A stretch of 64,000 nucleotides of DNA. It comes from Flaccisagitta enflata (Eukaryota). Of this stretch, positions 15,001 to 26,910 are shown piece by piece. The stretch covers positions 14,260,001 to 14,324,000 of the forward strand of contig OZ231126.1 of assembly GCA_965153355.1 (NCBI GenBank), read 5' to 3'. Under the pieces are notes generated by a model that was not told the DNA's origin, searched no databases, and worked only from the letters and a program-made list of their open reading frames with translations. Every line of letters begins with the position of its first letter. The first letter of the stretch is position 1. A program made the translations under genes and the position numbers.

Positions 15001-15652
15001 AATGACCTAACAAAGTTAACTGAGTACAGGGTTGCTTCTTATAAGGATGTTAGGAAGCGAGCAGAGACCAGATTTGAGTATATGTGTTTTTTCCTTGGAG
15101 GGCAAAGGATTTGAGCTATTGAGTTGATTTTTTTTGTGGATCTTCATTGGAAGGCTATTGCTGATGCAATAAAATAACAATTTGTTGAGTCAAAAACAGA
15201 TTTTTGAGGATTTTGAGCCTAACTAGTGTAAAATATGCGATTCTATTATGCGGTTCTGGCTGTTAAAATTCATCAAATACAGAGTAAATAGGTTATTTGA
15301 GGTTCAAAAAAGGGCTTGATTATGCTTAGAATTGATGTTAGAGATGATTTAGCCACTTTGGAGAAACTTCTACGCGGTCAGGAATTTTTAAAATCAATTT
15401 TAGTCAAACTCAACACTTTTTCTTTATATTTCTTCTTATGGGTGTTGATAGCATAAGCAAGTAAAAAAAATGTACATTTAGATGTAATCTAGGGCCACTT
15501 TGCCTTTTTTCTGGTAATCAAACCATTCGTTGGCCTTTTGGGGGTATCTGCACCACTTTTAGTTCAGAAAACAAAGTAGCAAGGCTCCTAAGAGAGTGCC
15601 ATAATCTGCCGTTGGTCGCCGCCCACGGCCGGGCCTATTCCTAACAGTCTTA
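1..15652. repeat. Tandem array (macrosatellite) of a ~983-bp unit, 15 complete periods plus ~915 bp; continues past the left window edge
   Basis: The motif TTCTAATTCTCCCCTGTGAT recurs at 1, 984, 1965, 2946, 3927, 4911, 5891, 6876, 7857, 8836, 9821, 10804, 11788, 12770, 13754 and 14738 (period 979-985). Copies differ by a few SNPs and homopolymer lengths. Similarity stops abruptly after ...CCTAACAGTCTTA at 15652. Confidence 0.98.
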
Positions 15653-15688
15653 ATGAGTAGCGCTTCAGTCATAGATCTTCAGGTAAAG

Positions 15689-15730
<42 letters not shown>

Positions 15731-15731
<1 letters not shown>

Positions 15732-16339
15732 TCAAAAGGATACACAGCCTCAATATTGGGTGGGCAAAAAACATCGTATCAATTCTTGACATGTACCAAC
15801 TACCCACCAACATTACGGATATTGAGAAGAAACCACCAGGTGAATGGAAATACATGTTGCTAAGCAAAATAGAAGAAAAACACAAAGCGAGACTTTTAGA
15901 GGAATGTTATAAAATGGAAAATGGAAACCGGATACCAAAAACGAAAACTGCTACACTGATTCCCAAAATTGAAACTCCTGACTACAAAAGAATGCCAGAA
16001 CCGATCACAAAAACAATGACAAAACAACAGACAAGAACATTAATCATAGCCCGCTATGGCATGCTAGCATGTGGTAGAAACTATGGAGGTAGTATCGGAA
16101 AAAATTGTGACTTATGCAATTGTTTCGATGATGAAAACCATCGACTAAAAACATGTACAACATGGAGGGACCATAACCTACTTGAAAATCCTGACCGTAT
16201 TGCAAATGGTGCCGACATAGATTTTAACCAAGTGTACTCTGATGATGAGCAGACTGTTAAAGGCCTCATACCCATCATAGAAAACCTATGGAATACAAGG
16301 ACCGGGCATGGATCGATGATTCCGTAAATCTCTCTTTCC

Positions 16340-16402
<63 letters not shown>

Positions 16403-16608
16403 AACTATTTAATTGCTTTTCTATTCATTTGAAGTTTATTCACATGTGTGAATTTTTTATCTTGATGAATTGTGTGGTGAAGGACGTTGATGATTCTTTT
16501 ACTGTATATTTGTTCTTAAAAATCGTACACAATGTACGGCTCAAACAATTATTTGTTACTGTGTTAATCACATGATGAGCATTACAATCAAATCAAATCA
16601 AATCAAAT
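15731..16608 (+). mobile_element. 5'-truncated non-LTR retrotransposon (LINE) 3' end: ORF2 C-terminus, 3' UTR and (AAATC)n tail
   Basis: The reading frame to the stop at 16327 encodes RTLIIARYGMLACGRNY...CDLCNCFDDENHRLKTC, a C-x2-C-x7-H-x4-C zinc knuckle typical of LINE ORF2 C-termini. The 3' UTR ends in AATCAAATCAAATCAAATCAAAT (16586-16608). Both sides are flanked by (CT)n-type sequence. The ORF-track N-terminus (SLSLSL) is only the flanking microsatellite. Confidence 0.85.
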
Positions 16609-17147
16609 CTCTCCCTCTCTCCTACTTCGTGACGGCAAATCCAATTGATGCCGTCAATTTCACCACTAGCTCGGCGGCGATTGCCATTGATGGATGCCGA
16701 TTTTCCGTTATTGGCCTAGGGATTACCACCCTTCGGACCACTCAGGTCATGCGGGTTAGACGAACTTTTCGATACAGAAGCGGCCGGTACTAACAAGTTT
16801 TTCATACAAAGAAATAAAAGAGAAAATGCAGGGTCCAATGAAATTTTTCCGCTACCGCTGTGTTTCCGTTACTCTTGGGTTCGTTACTGCAACGTTTTAC
16901 TTCACATGGGCGTCGCTGTCACAATTCCATGTAGTACTTTTTGGAGTTTTATGCGCTATGGTGTTCATAGCGTGAAACAGACGATGGCAGAATTTTGACC
17001 AATCTATGATACAATTGTCGATTTGTATTTTAACGATTATTGAACTATACAGACCGTCGAGTGTCCACTTCATGATCAAGCGTCCGACCTTTTTTGGTTG
17101 GCATTATCAAAATATGATTGACGTTTCATATCTGAGAAGAGCTCTGA

Positions 17148-17375
17148 TTTTTAGTCGCGTGCTACGCGACTCTACACCCCGCTTTGTCGGTCCGTCCGTC
17201 CGTCCGTCCGTCAGTCCGTCTGTCCGTCCGTCGGTCCGTCCGTCCGTCACACTCTACTTTTTCGGCGTTGATGGGGGTTTTGGCCTTATTGCTCCTGCTC
17301 AAATGTTCCACTGACCTCAATTATGGCCCTTGCCCACCCGCACGCGACTGGGGTAGCCGTGTATCCGGCCTTGTT
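17148..17375 (+). mobile_element. DINE-1/HINE-like non-autonomous Helentron-type element
   Basis: Order of parts: T-run, 5' palindrome AGTCGCGT-GCT-ACGCGACT, (GTCC/GTCY)n core, 3' subterminal IR GCACGCGACT, 3' hairpin GCCGTGTATCCGGC, end CTTGTT into a T-run. No TSD. Confidence 0.85.
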
Positions 17376-18824
17376 TTTTTTTAATCTTTTTTTTATATTT
17401 TCGATCGAATCAAAATCATGTCCTTGGTTAGAAGCGATTCAAAGGTCGAGGTGATTGTCAACATAAAGAATGAAAGAGGAGGAGACGCCCTCCATGTTTA
17501 TGCCATGGGAAAAAGCAAGGCCGGAAGCACGAAACATTATTGGGCATGGATAGCAGCAATCAGGCCATAAAAGGGGTAGTTGAGGATAAGAAATACTGTT
17601 TCCATGGAGAATTGATAAACCAAACCGATTGACTAACAAACCAAGGCCGCCAAAGGTCATTTCCACAATAAACCGGCCCAGCTGAAATTCATGATATAAC
17701 AGGCAAAAAAATATTTTTATTATGCTAATCCTTTTTTTCGTGATAGAAGCTGTTGTAACACATTACCTGGGAGGCAGTGCCTAGCTAATATCCTTCATAC
17801 TTAGAATTTTGATAGGCTATGTAGCAAAGAATAGGTGAAAATCCCCCCCTTTTTTATGTCACACTGATGTCACATTCAAAACCACAATTAAAAATACATC
17901 AAAAAATCATTAACCCTACCCAACTATAGGTCAATTTTGTTTAATTGCAATTTCTAAAGAAGAATTAAAGATTTTATAGTGACCAGTTATCATTTACTAT
18001 GGAAAAAATTTCTCTTTTAGTTGATTTCTCTAAAATGATGATTTATTTGATTTTTATATATAGTAGGATACTATACTTTAAATGGCAATATCTTTGGTAT
18101 TATGGAAAATTTTTATTTTCTCCCTTTAGTACACACATAACCAAAGTTCCATGCAAAATTTCAGAGCTTAATATCAATTCTAGCTGAAGATATTGATTTT
18201 TGAAGAGAATAACCTAATTTGTTTACCCTGTTACACTTATGTTACTCTGATTATGATAAAGATTAACATAGTTGAACACATTCTAAGTATTCAAACATCT
18301 TTTTTATATGATCTAAAAGAGTATCAAATTCTAAGCATAAGGCTCAAATTTGAAGCTATTAGATGCGACAATTATGAAATTATGATATTTTTGTCGATGT
18401 TAACGAATTCAGTCGCCTAATTTCCGCCAGTGTATTGTAGAAACTGCCCAAACGTATGTGCTGAAAAAAACACATGGGCAAAGTCGGATATAACCATGCA
18501 AATCCGAAACTGGGCGGTTGGAAACATTAACCAAAAAAAGACCAAACAAACAAACAAACAAACAAAAACAAAAAAATCAACAGAAGCCTATAGTTGCGTG
18601 CGCGTGCCTGCGCGTGGGGGAGGACAGTGGAGCAGAAGCCGTTTTAGTTGTGGGCAAGGGCAGTGATGACAAAAACTGTTCATGGTGACCAAAGAAAAAC
18701 GGAAAAAGCAAACTGTGACGGACCGACAAACCGACTGACCGACCGACCGACATAATGGTTTTAAAGATTGGCGTGTAAGCGATTAAAAACTGTTTGTATC
18801 GGCTATTGCATGTAAGCAGACTGA

Positions 18825-18952
18825 AACAAGGCCAAGTAGGCCAATAAGGTGCGACGTGTGGATTGTCGAACGAATGCGTTACCCCACAGACAGACCAACC
18901 AACCAACCGACGGACACAGCCAGTTATAGAGGTGCTTTGTCGCACCTAAAAA
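18825..18952 (-). mobile_element. HINE-like element, AGGTGCGAC subfamily
   Basis: On the minus strand: TTTTTAGGTGCGACAAAGCACCT...(GGTY)n...GTCGCACCTTATTGGCCTACTTGGCCTTGTT. Near-identical copy at 23708-23839. Confidence 0.8.
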
Positions 18953-19135
18953 TAGAATAGATCGACCGACTAACAAACCGAAGGAAAGGCCGGTTTGCGT
19001 CCAGAGAACAAAATTAGTCAGATAATAAAAAATGGATTGAAAGGAGATTATTTTCGCGTGGGTGGAGCGTTGTCTTAACGATGAGGTAATGGCAAATAAT
19101 GTTATCGCTATTTGGTTGGTTTCCCACCTTGTCTA

Positions 19136-20132
<997 letters not shown>

Positions 20133-20273
20133 TTTACGTATTGTCGTTTTGTTATTTTCTTTTTATGGTACCCTTAAGGGAATTCCTTTATACTCCGCCA
20201 TTTTACCCGCGTTTGTGTCTCTTGACGTATCCATAATTGAGTTTCTTCCATTTTCCATCTTCTTCTTCAATTC

Positions 20274-20370
20274 TTTTTCTTTTCTTTTCTTTTCTTTTCT
20301 TTTCTTTTCTTTTCTTTTCTTTTCTTTTCTTTTCTTTTCTTTTCTTTTCTTTTCTTTTCTTTTCTTTTCT
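20274..20370. repeat. (TTTTC)n microsatellite
   Basis: Direct pentamer tandem repeat. Confidence 0.95.
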
Positions 20371-20534
20371 CTGTTCTTTTCTTTTCCATTCTTTTCGTTG
20401 GCGTACGGCTTCCTATTCCACGTTCTTTGATTGCGATATTTAACGAGTGACAACTGACAAAAGTGAGAAAATCCCCACAAGGTGATGACTACTGAGTGTC
20501 ACTATAGATACAAGTCCCCTCTGATTAAGAATTT

Positions 20535-20885
20535 ATGAATGAATGAATAAATGAATGAATGAATGAATGAATGAATGAATGAATGAATGAATGAATGAAT
20601 GAATGAATGAAAGAATGAAAGAATAAATGAATGAATGAATTAGGGATGTGGAAGCGATTGACCGCTTCCATTTTGGTGGGTGTGATAGCTACTAGTATTT
20701 GAACTAAAAAATGGAAGCGGAAGCGGAAGCGGAAGCGGTGGAAGCGGCATGAAAATCGACCGCTTCCACATCCCTAGAATGAATGAATGAATGAATGAAT
20801 GAATGAATGAATAAATGAATGAATGAATGAATGATTGATTGAATGAATGAATGAATGAATGAATGAATGAATGAATGTATGAATG
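20535..20885. repeat. (GAAT)n microsatellite interrupted by a MITE
   Basis: GAAT runs on both sides of 20641-20776. Confidence 0.95.
20641..20776. mobile_element. 136-bp hAT-like MITE (copy 1)
   Basis: TIR TAGGGATGTGGAAGCG / CGCTTCCACATCCCTA, internal (GGAAGC)n, flanked by GAATGAAT on both sides. A second copy at 30676-30811 has an unambiguous 8-bp TSD. Confidence 0.9.
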
Positions 20886-21477
20886 CGGGAAGGCATGAAA
20901 GGAAAAACAACAATGATTAGCGCCGAAATTGCCTGATTTAAACGTTTGCATGACCGACCAACACAAACAGACCGACAAAAACAGTATCTTATAGACGTTC
21001 GATCACGTACATAAAAGCTTCCGCTGGTCTTTGGCCATTCTTTCATAGGGGCATCGCTGACAAAGCAATCACTATTATCATAAAGGTACAAAGTTTTGCG
21101 GTAATATACTCTTTCCGCGAGACCATTTTCCCTCAATCAATGACACAAAGAGTCACGACTGCCGTGTAAGTCAGTTGGCCGGACAGCGGCGTATGAGGAG
21201 GGGCGTCAGGGCCGTCAGCTGACGCCCCTACAGTCGGACACAGATGGCAGTCGGACACAGATGGCAGTAGGACACAGATGGCAGTCTGATACAATTGTTC
21301 AAAAAAAAAAGGGAAAAGAGGCTGAAAAAAGAAAAAAATATGACTGAAAAAAAGAAGCTTTTACAGGGTAAGCCGGACATGAGGGTAGAAAAACTGGAAT
21401 TTTCCATGATCATGGATGGATGGGAGCTTCAGCATATGCCACATCCACCCATTATTTTAAGATCGAGTGGAGATGAG

Positions 21478-21690
21478 ACCATGCCTTATATATAAGTGCC
21501 TTATATATAAGTGCCTTATATATAAGCCATGCCTTATATATAAGCCATGCCTTATATATATAAGCCATGCCTTATATATATAAGCCATGCCTTATATATA
21601 TAAGCCATGCCTTATATATATAAGCCATGCCTTATATATAAGCCATGCCTTATATATAAGCCTTATATATATATATACCATGCCTTATAT
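21478..21690. repeat. 16-20-bp minisatellite GCCATGCCTTATATA(TA)TAA
   Basis: About 11 tandem copies with variable TA number; the motif reappears at ~21893-21918. Confidence 0.9.
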
Positions 21691-22004
21691 GGAGTTGGAC
21701 AACATTACTTAATAACAAAAAATCTAAAATAAGGACAAGAGCCTTGGGAGCTCTAACTGGTGTTTCATCCGGACCCCTCACAGCTATCCTTAGAAATATC
21801 AAAATCCACCTCAAACCTTACCACAAAGCGGCTCAACAGACACAAATCAACAGCAAGAAAAATCTATAATTGTCAGCGATTTGTGAGATGTATAAGCCTT
21901 ATATATAAGTGCCTTATAAAGTGAAAACCATGATAAGATTTTTATTTTCGACTTCTTTCATCATTCCATAACAATTATCTTTTATCCTAAGGCTTTTATT
22001 GTCA

Positions 22005-22190
22005 TTTCTAGTCGCGTGCAGGCGACTCTATGACCCGCTCTGTCCATCTGTCTGTCTGTCTGTCTGTCTGTCGGTCGGTCCCTCACGCTTTGTTTTTCGC
22101 CGTTTTATGTCATCCTTAGTCATCTTAAGTAATTTCAACACAATTCACATTTAGTCTTTTAGTCTCTTGGTCTTTTTGTCCTTTGGTCCA
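22005..22190 (+). mobile_element. HINE-like element 5' part (3' end not identified)
   Basis: AGTCGCGTGCAGGCGACT 5' palindrome followed by (GTCT)n and GTCAT/TTAGTC repeats. Confidence 0.6.
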
Positions 22191-22521
22191 TGCCCAAGAT
22201 TATGTACATCCCATACTATTTGGAAATCCATCAAGCAATGCAATGGAACGCAATGGAATGTGGAATATGGTGTGGTGCTTCTTTGGGCTGGTGTCCATTT
22301 CTTTCTGTCCAATCATCGTGTTGACTATCGTTTTGTGAATATCAAAAATGATTCCATGCGGTCGTTCGTTTTTGCACGAATACTTTGACATTTCAGAATT
22401 TAAAATTGTTTTTTTCATACGGACTTGAGGTTTTCTTTTGTAATTTCTTCCTTTTCCTTTTTTGTTACTTTCTGTGACTTTATCATGATTTCAGAAAAAG
22501 CCCTGCCACATTCTCTAGCCT

Positions 22522-22616
<95 letters not shown>
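22522..22616. repeat. (GTT)n microsatellite
   Basis: Pure trinucleotide run. Confidence 0.97.
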
Positions 22617-22617
<1 letters not shown>

Positions 22618-23286
22618 TTTTTTCTTTTTTTTTTGTTCTTTTTCTTGATGGTGTAGTAAGGTTTATTTCAAATCAACTGGCGATGTCGACTTTGTTGCGA
22701 TTTTTTTCATGAAGCTCTAAGGATAAAAAATGAGAAGCAAGGAAAAATAAAGATTTTTGAAGCCACTTGATTGAGGCTGATACGGAAGGAATTAAGTGAC
22801 GTATCTTTCATTGATGAAATCATTGAGAAAAAAACCGATTCTTTTCCTTTTTTTCAACAGACTTTTTATCGCAGTTTCAAAGCTTGCTTATGCTCGCTCA
22901 GCCTCGGTCTTTTAGAAACGAAGCTGCCTTTCGATTGTTCGCGAATGATGTGAAGGAAAAGGTTAGAAAGGAGGGAAGTAGTCTTATCTGGCTTTTCCGA
23001 CTTCTCTTGGGTGCCAAAGTAAAGATAACCAATTTTCTCATTTTTTTCTTTGCTTTTTTTTTTAAATCAACTTTTGCCTGATTTTTTAACTCTTTTTGAA
23101 AAGCTAAATCAATGTTATATTGATTCAATGTATCGATATCGATGAATAAATCCAATCATCTGAGAAAGTTTCATTTATTTTTTCTTCATCTTTATGAATA
23201 TATCTACACAGTCATAAACACAAACAAAACACTAATGCAAACACACCAGACTTTCTTCAAACTCTCTCTTAATCTCTGTCTCTTTT

Positions 23287-23379
<93 letters not shown>

Positions 23380-23707
23380 CCCCTAATCTCTCTCCAAATA
23401 ACTATCTTTCTGTTAAAACTTTTTGTTGAATTTTCAACTGCAATATTTACTTTTCTGCTGGCTTCATTTTAAAACAACAAACATTTCGAAGAAGAAATAT
23501 TGTTACATTGAAAAGTTTTCGGACAAAAAAATCATCAAATTGAAAACTCTATATTAGTACTAAGTTTTAGAATCCATTGAATTTGAAAGAAAACGTTTTC
23601 CAGTAATGTCTGGCTGCGTTCAATTTAAACGATGAGAAATTAACAAGCGCTGTTTACCACTTAGGATCTGCCGGATTGTCCCTCTCTCAATTTTCGACGA
23701 TATAGTT

Positions 23708-23839
23708 AACAAGGCCAAGTAGGCCAATAAGGTGCGCCGTGTGGATCGTCGAACGAATGCGTTACCCCACAGACCAACAGACCGACCGACAGACCGACGG
23801 ACAAAGCCAGTTATAGAGGTGCGTTGGCGCACCTAAAAA
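23708..23839 (-). mobile_element. HINE-like element, AGGTGCGCC subfamily
   Basis: Same structure as 18825-18952, with the subterminal IR pair AGGTGCGCC/GGCGCACCT. Confidence 0.8.
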
Positions 23840-25373
23840 GTTGTATTAATTCACTATCATCTCTTTACCAATAACGATAGAAAGGGATAAAAAGCCCAAA
23901 ACAGAAATTCACTGGGGAAGGAAAGAAAATTATCGAGCGAAAAATTTTATGGATGAGAGATGGTAAAAAGTTATCACCAAATGGTTGTTTGTTTATTTTC
24001 TCGTCATCGTTTTTTTCTTTCCTTTTTGCTTTGTATTTTCCTTTTATCCCCCAGTTAGTATTTTTTCCGATGTTTTTGTACTTTTTATTCGAATCCGTCC
24101 GCGGAGACATCAGGCAGAAAACATTATCGGTAGGCAGCAACATCGATACCCTGAAATCAAAAGCAACTGATACCAACAAAACCTTTATTGTGCCTAAAGT
24201 GTTCATTTTTAGAAATCTGGATTGATTTTATTTGAAAACATGTTACCTACCATTTATTCTTGCAAAATTTCATAGCACTGGCTCTAGCAGTTTAGATTCC
24301 ACATAGTTATAAGTTAAAATGTGATTTACCCCATATGAGGTTTTTGAAAATAATGATAAACTGACCTTTGTAGCTTTAAATCAATGTTGTTTCAGATTGG
24401 TCCAAAAAGTAAGATATTAGTCTCAGCTTATGTACAGAAGATATCGTCTAGACTTGGAAATACGGGGGAACTCATAACTTGACTATTAGTTAAGTGACTG
24501 ATATTTTGCTGGTGTAATGTATAGACCCTGAGGGGTTGACAATGGGGTATGGTATCCTCCTACGGCTTACCATAGGAAAAAAATTTTTTGTATAAAATCT
24601 TAAGATCGATCACTTTTTTTGTAGAATTTCAGCTTCATCTATTTGCTTAAATTGCAAAACCAGCCCAAGATTCGAACCTGGAACCTTTGAATAAATAAAC
24701 TGATCATGATAAACCTTGAGTTGAATGTGTTTACCACTAGACCAATTCCAGAGAACTTTCCATCCACAGAGCTGCCATAACCCATTATCAACCCTATAAG
24801 ACATAAGCATTATACATACACAGTTTCATTTCATTTGCATTGATGGTAGTTAGGATATGAGGGCCCCTGTATCTCCAAGTATAGACGACATCTACTGTAT
24901 TTCTAAAAAAACATTCCCAGATACTGAAATTCATATGGCAATTCTGATTTCTTTTTTCAGATTTTTTCTGTTTGAGCAGGTTTTGTGTCACATCACTGGT
25001 TATTGAAAACCTAGATCTTTACATAAATGGCAAAAAATCAAAAATCATGCGAAAGAAGGGCCAATTACATCCCAATCATGAACAATGTCATGATATCTGG
25101 TCAATCTATGTGAAAATTACAAGGACATATTGAGGTAAACTTGCTCAAAAATGCCAGAATTCTAAAAAATTAATCATATTTTAAAACGTTCAGGCCAGTG
25201 CTTTGGAATTCTGCATGAACCAATCCAAATTTCTTAAAATAAATACTTAAAGCACCAGAAAGGTTTTGCTGGTATCAGTTGCTTTTGATTGCAGGGTAGA
25301 ATTCCACCGCCGGCGGATTCAGTAAAAGACATCATTTTTATTGATTTAGAAAATGCGCAGAAGAGATGAAGCG

Positions 25374-25687
25374 GAAGAAGAAGAAGAAGAAGAAGAAGAA
25401 GAAGAAGAAGAAGAAGAAGAAGAAGAAGAAGAAGAAGAAGAAGAACAAGAACAAGAAGAAGAACAAGAACAAGAACAAGAACAAGAACAAGAAAAAGAAA
25501 AAGCAAGAAATTGGAAAAAGTCGCCATTTTTGAGCGTTAGAAATAGCATTAACGTCTTCGCTTTGCTTCTTTCGAGATAAGTCTCCGAAGAATCTGAAGA
25601 TAAATGTTGGACGAGAACGGAAGTTGATTCTATAACGAAGAAAAGAATGAAATAGAAAGAAAGGAAGAAAGAAAAGAGGAAAAACGA

Positions 25688-25719
<32 letters not shown>

Positions 25720-25735
25720 AAAAAGAAAGAAAGAT

Positions 25736-25815
<80 letters not shown>
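25374..25815. repeat. (GAA)n/(GAACAA)n and (GAAA)n microsatellites
   Basis: Runs at ~25374-25500 and ~25686-25815. Confidence 0.95.
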
Positions 25816-25817
<2 letters not shown>

Positions 25818-26257
25818 GGAAAAAAATGGAAAACAGGTTGCATTAGCTGGTGGAAAGAAATAAACAACAACCCCAGGCGAGAAAAGCCAAAAAATGTCTT
25901 TGTTTTCTTCCGCCCAGAATTGGCTGTTAAGTCGTATTGCCAGACGTTTGTGCCCTTATCTATCTATTCCGGGCTTTTTTTTTTTTTTTTTTTTCTATGG
26001 GCTCCCTTCTTCATTTTACTCAATTGTTTTAACTTGGTTGTTATTCCTTGCCTTGTCTTTTTTTTCCTCCTACGTTTTGTTTTTAAACAAATTGAATTAG
26101 TTTCCTCTTTTTCCCCCTCTTGACTTTTCTTAGACGTTAATGTCATTGTCCAGCCGCAATTCCATCTTTTTTGCACATGCAGTCTTTGGCCAGTCAGTGA
26201 CCACGCTACCTCCTCCTCGTCCCCTTTACTTCTTTTTTTCCTTTTTCCGCTCCATTG

Positions 26258-26702
26258 TTTTTACTCGCGCGCACGCAACTCTTTTATCCGCTATGTGATG
26301 TGTCGGTTGAATGGTCAGTCGGTCACATTTTGCTTTTTAGTCGCGTGCACGTGACTCTGCCCGTTTGTCTATCGGTCCTGTCGGTCGGTCCGTCGGTCCG
26401 TCAGTCACACTTTGCTTTTGTTAGCTTTTTTTCATCGTTTTACGGTATTTTAAGTTATTTCAAGTTATTTCAAGACAATTTATATTTAGTCTTTTGGTCT
26501 TTTAGTCTTTTATGCTTTCAGTCTTTTAGTCTTTTAGTATTTTAGTCTTAACAAATGCACGCGAATGTGAGGTGTTGGCCTTGTTTGGCTTTTATGGTCA
26601 TTTTTTGCATAACTGATCCTGCCCAAATATTTGGTTAGCTATTTTTATCACTGCCCCTGCCCACCCGCACGCGACTGTGGTTGCCGTGTATCCGGCCTTG
26701 TT
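26258..26702 (+). mobile_element. Older HINE-like element containing a nested HINE (26334-26585)
   Basis: Two 5' ends (26258 degenerate, 26334) and two 3' ends (GGTGTTGGCCTTGTT at 26585; GCACGCGACT...GCCGTGTATCCGGCCTTGTT at 26702) in nested order. Confidence 0.75.
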
Positions 26703-26829
26703 TCCTAAACTTCTACTACTTTCTAGTCTTTTTCTCCTTCATCTACTTCTTTTTCTATATATTCTTGTCCCTCTTCTTCATCACCACCTTCTTCTTTTTT
26801 TTTTCTCTTCTTCTTCTTCTTCTTCTTCT

Positions 26830-26864
<35 letters not shown>

Positions 26865-26910
26865 TTCTTATTCTTCTTCTCCTTCTTCTACTTTATTTTT
26901 CCTTTTTCTC

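Noticed and set aside
24271..25205. Possible P-like MITE bounded by CATAGCACTGGC / GCCAGTGCTTTG
   Set aside because: Only an 11/12 inverted match, with no TSD and no second copy in the window; insufficient to call.
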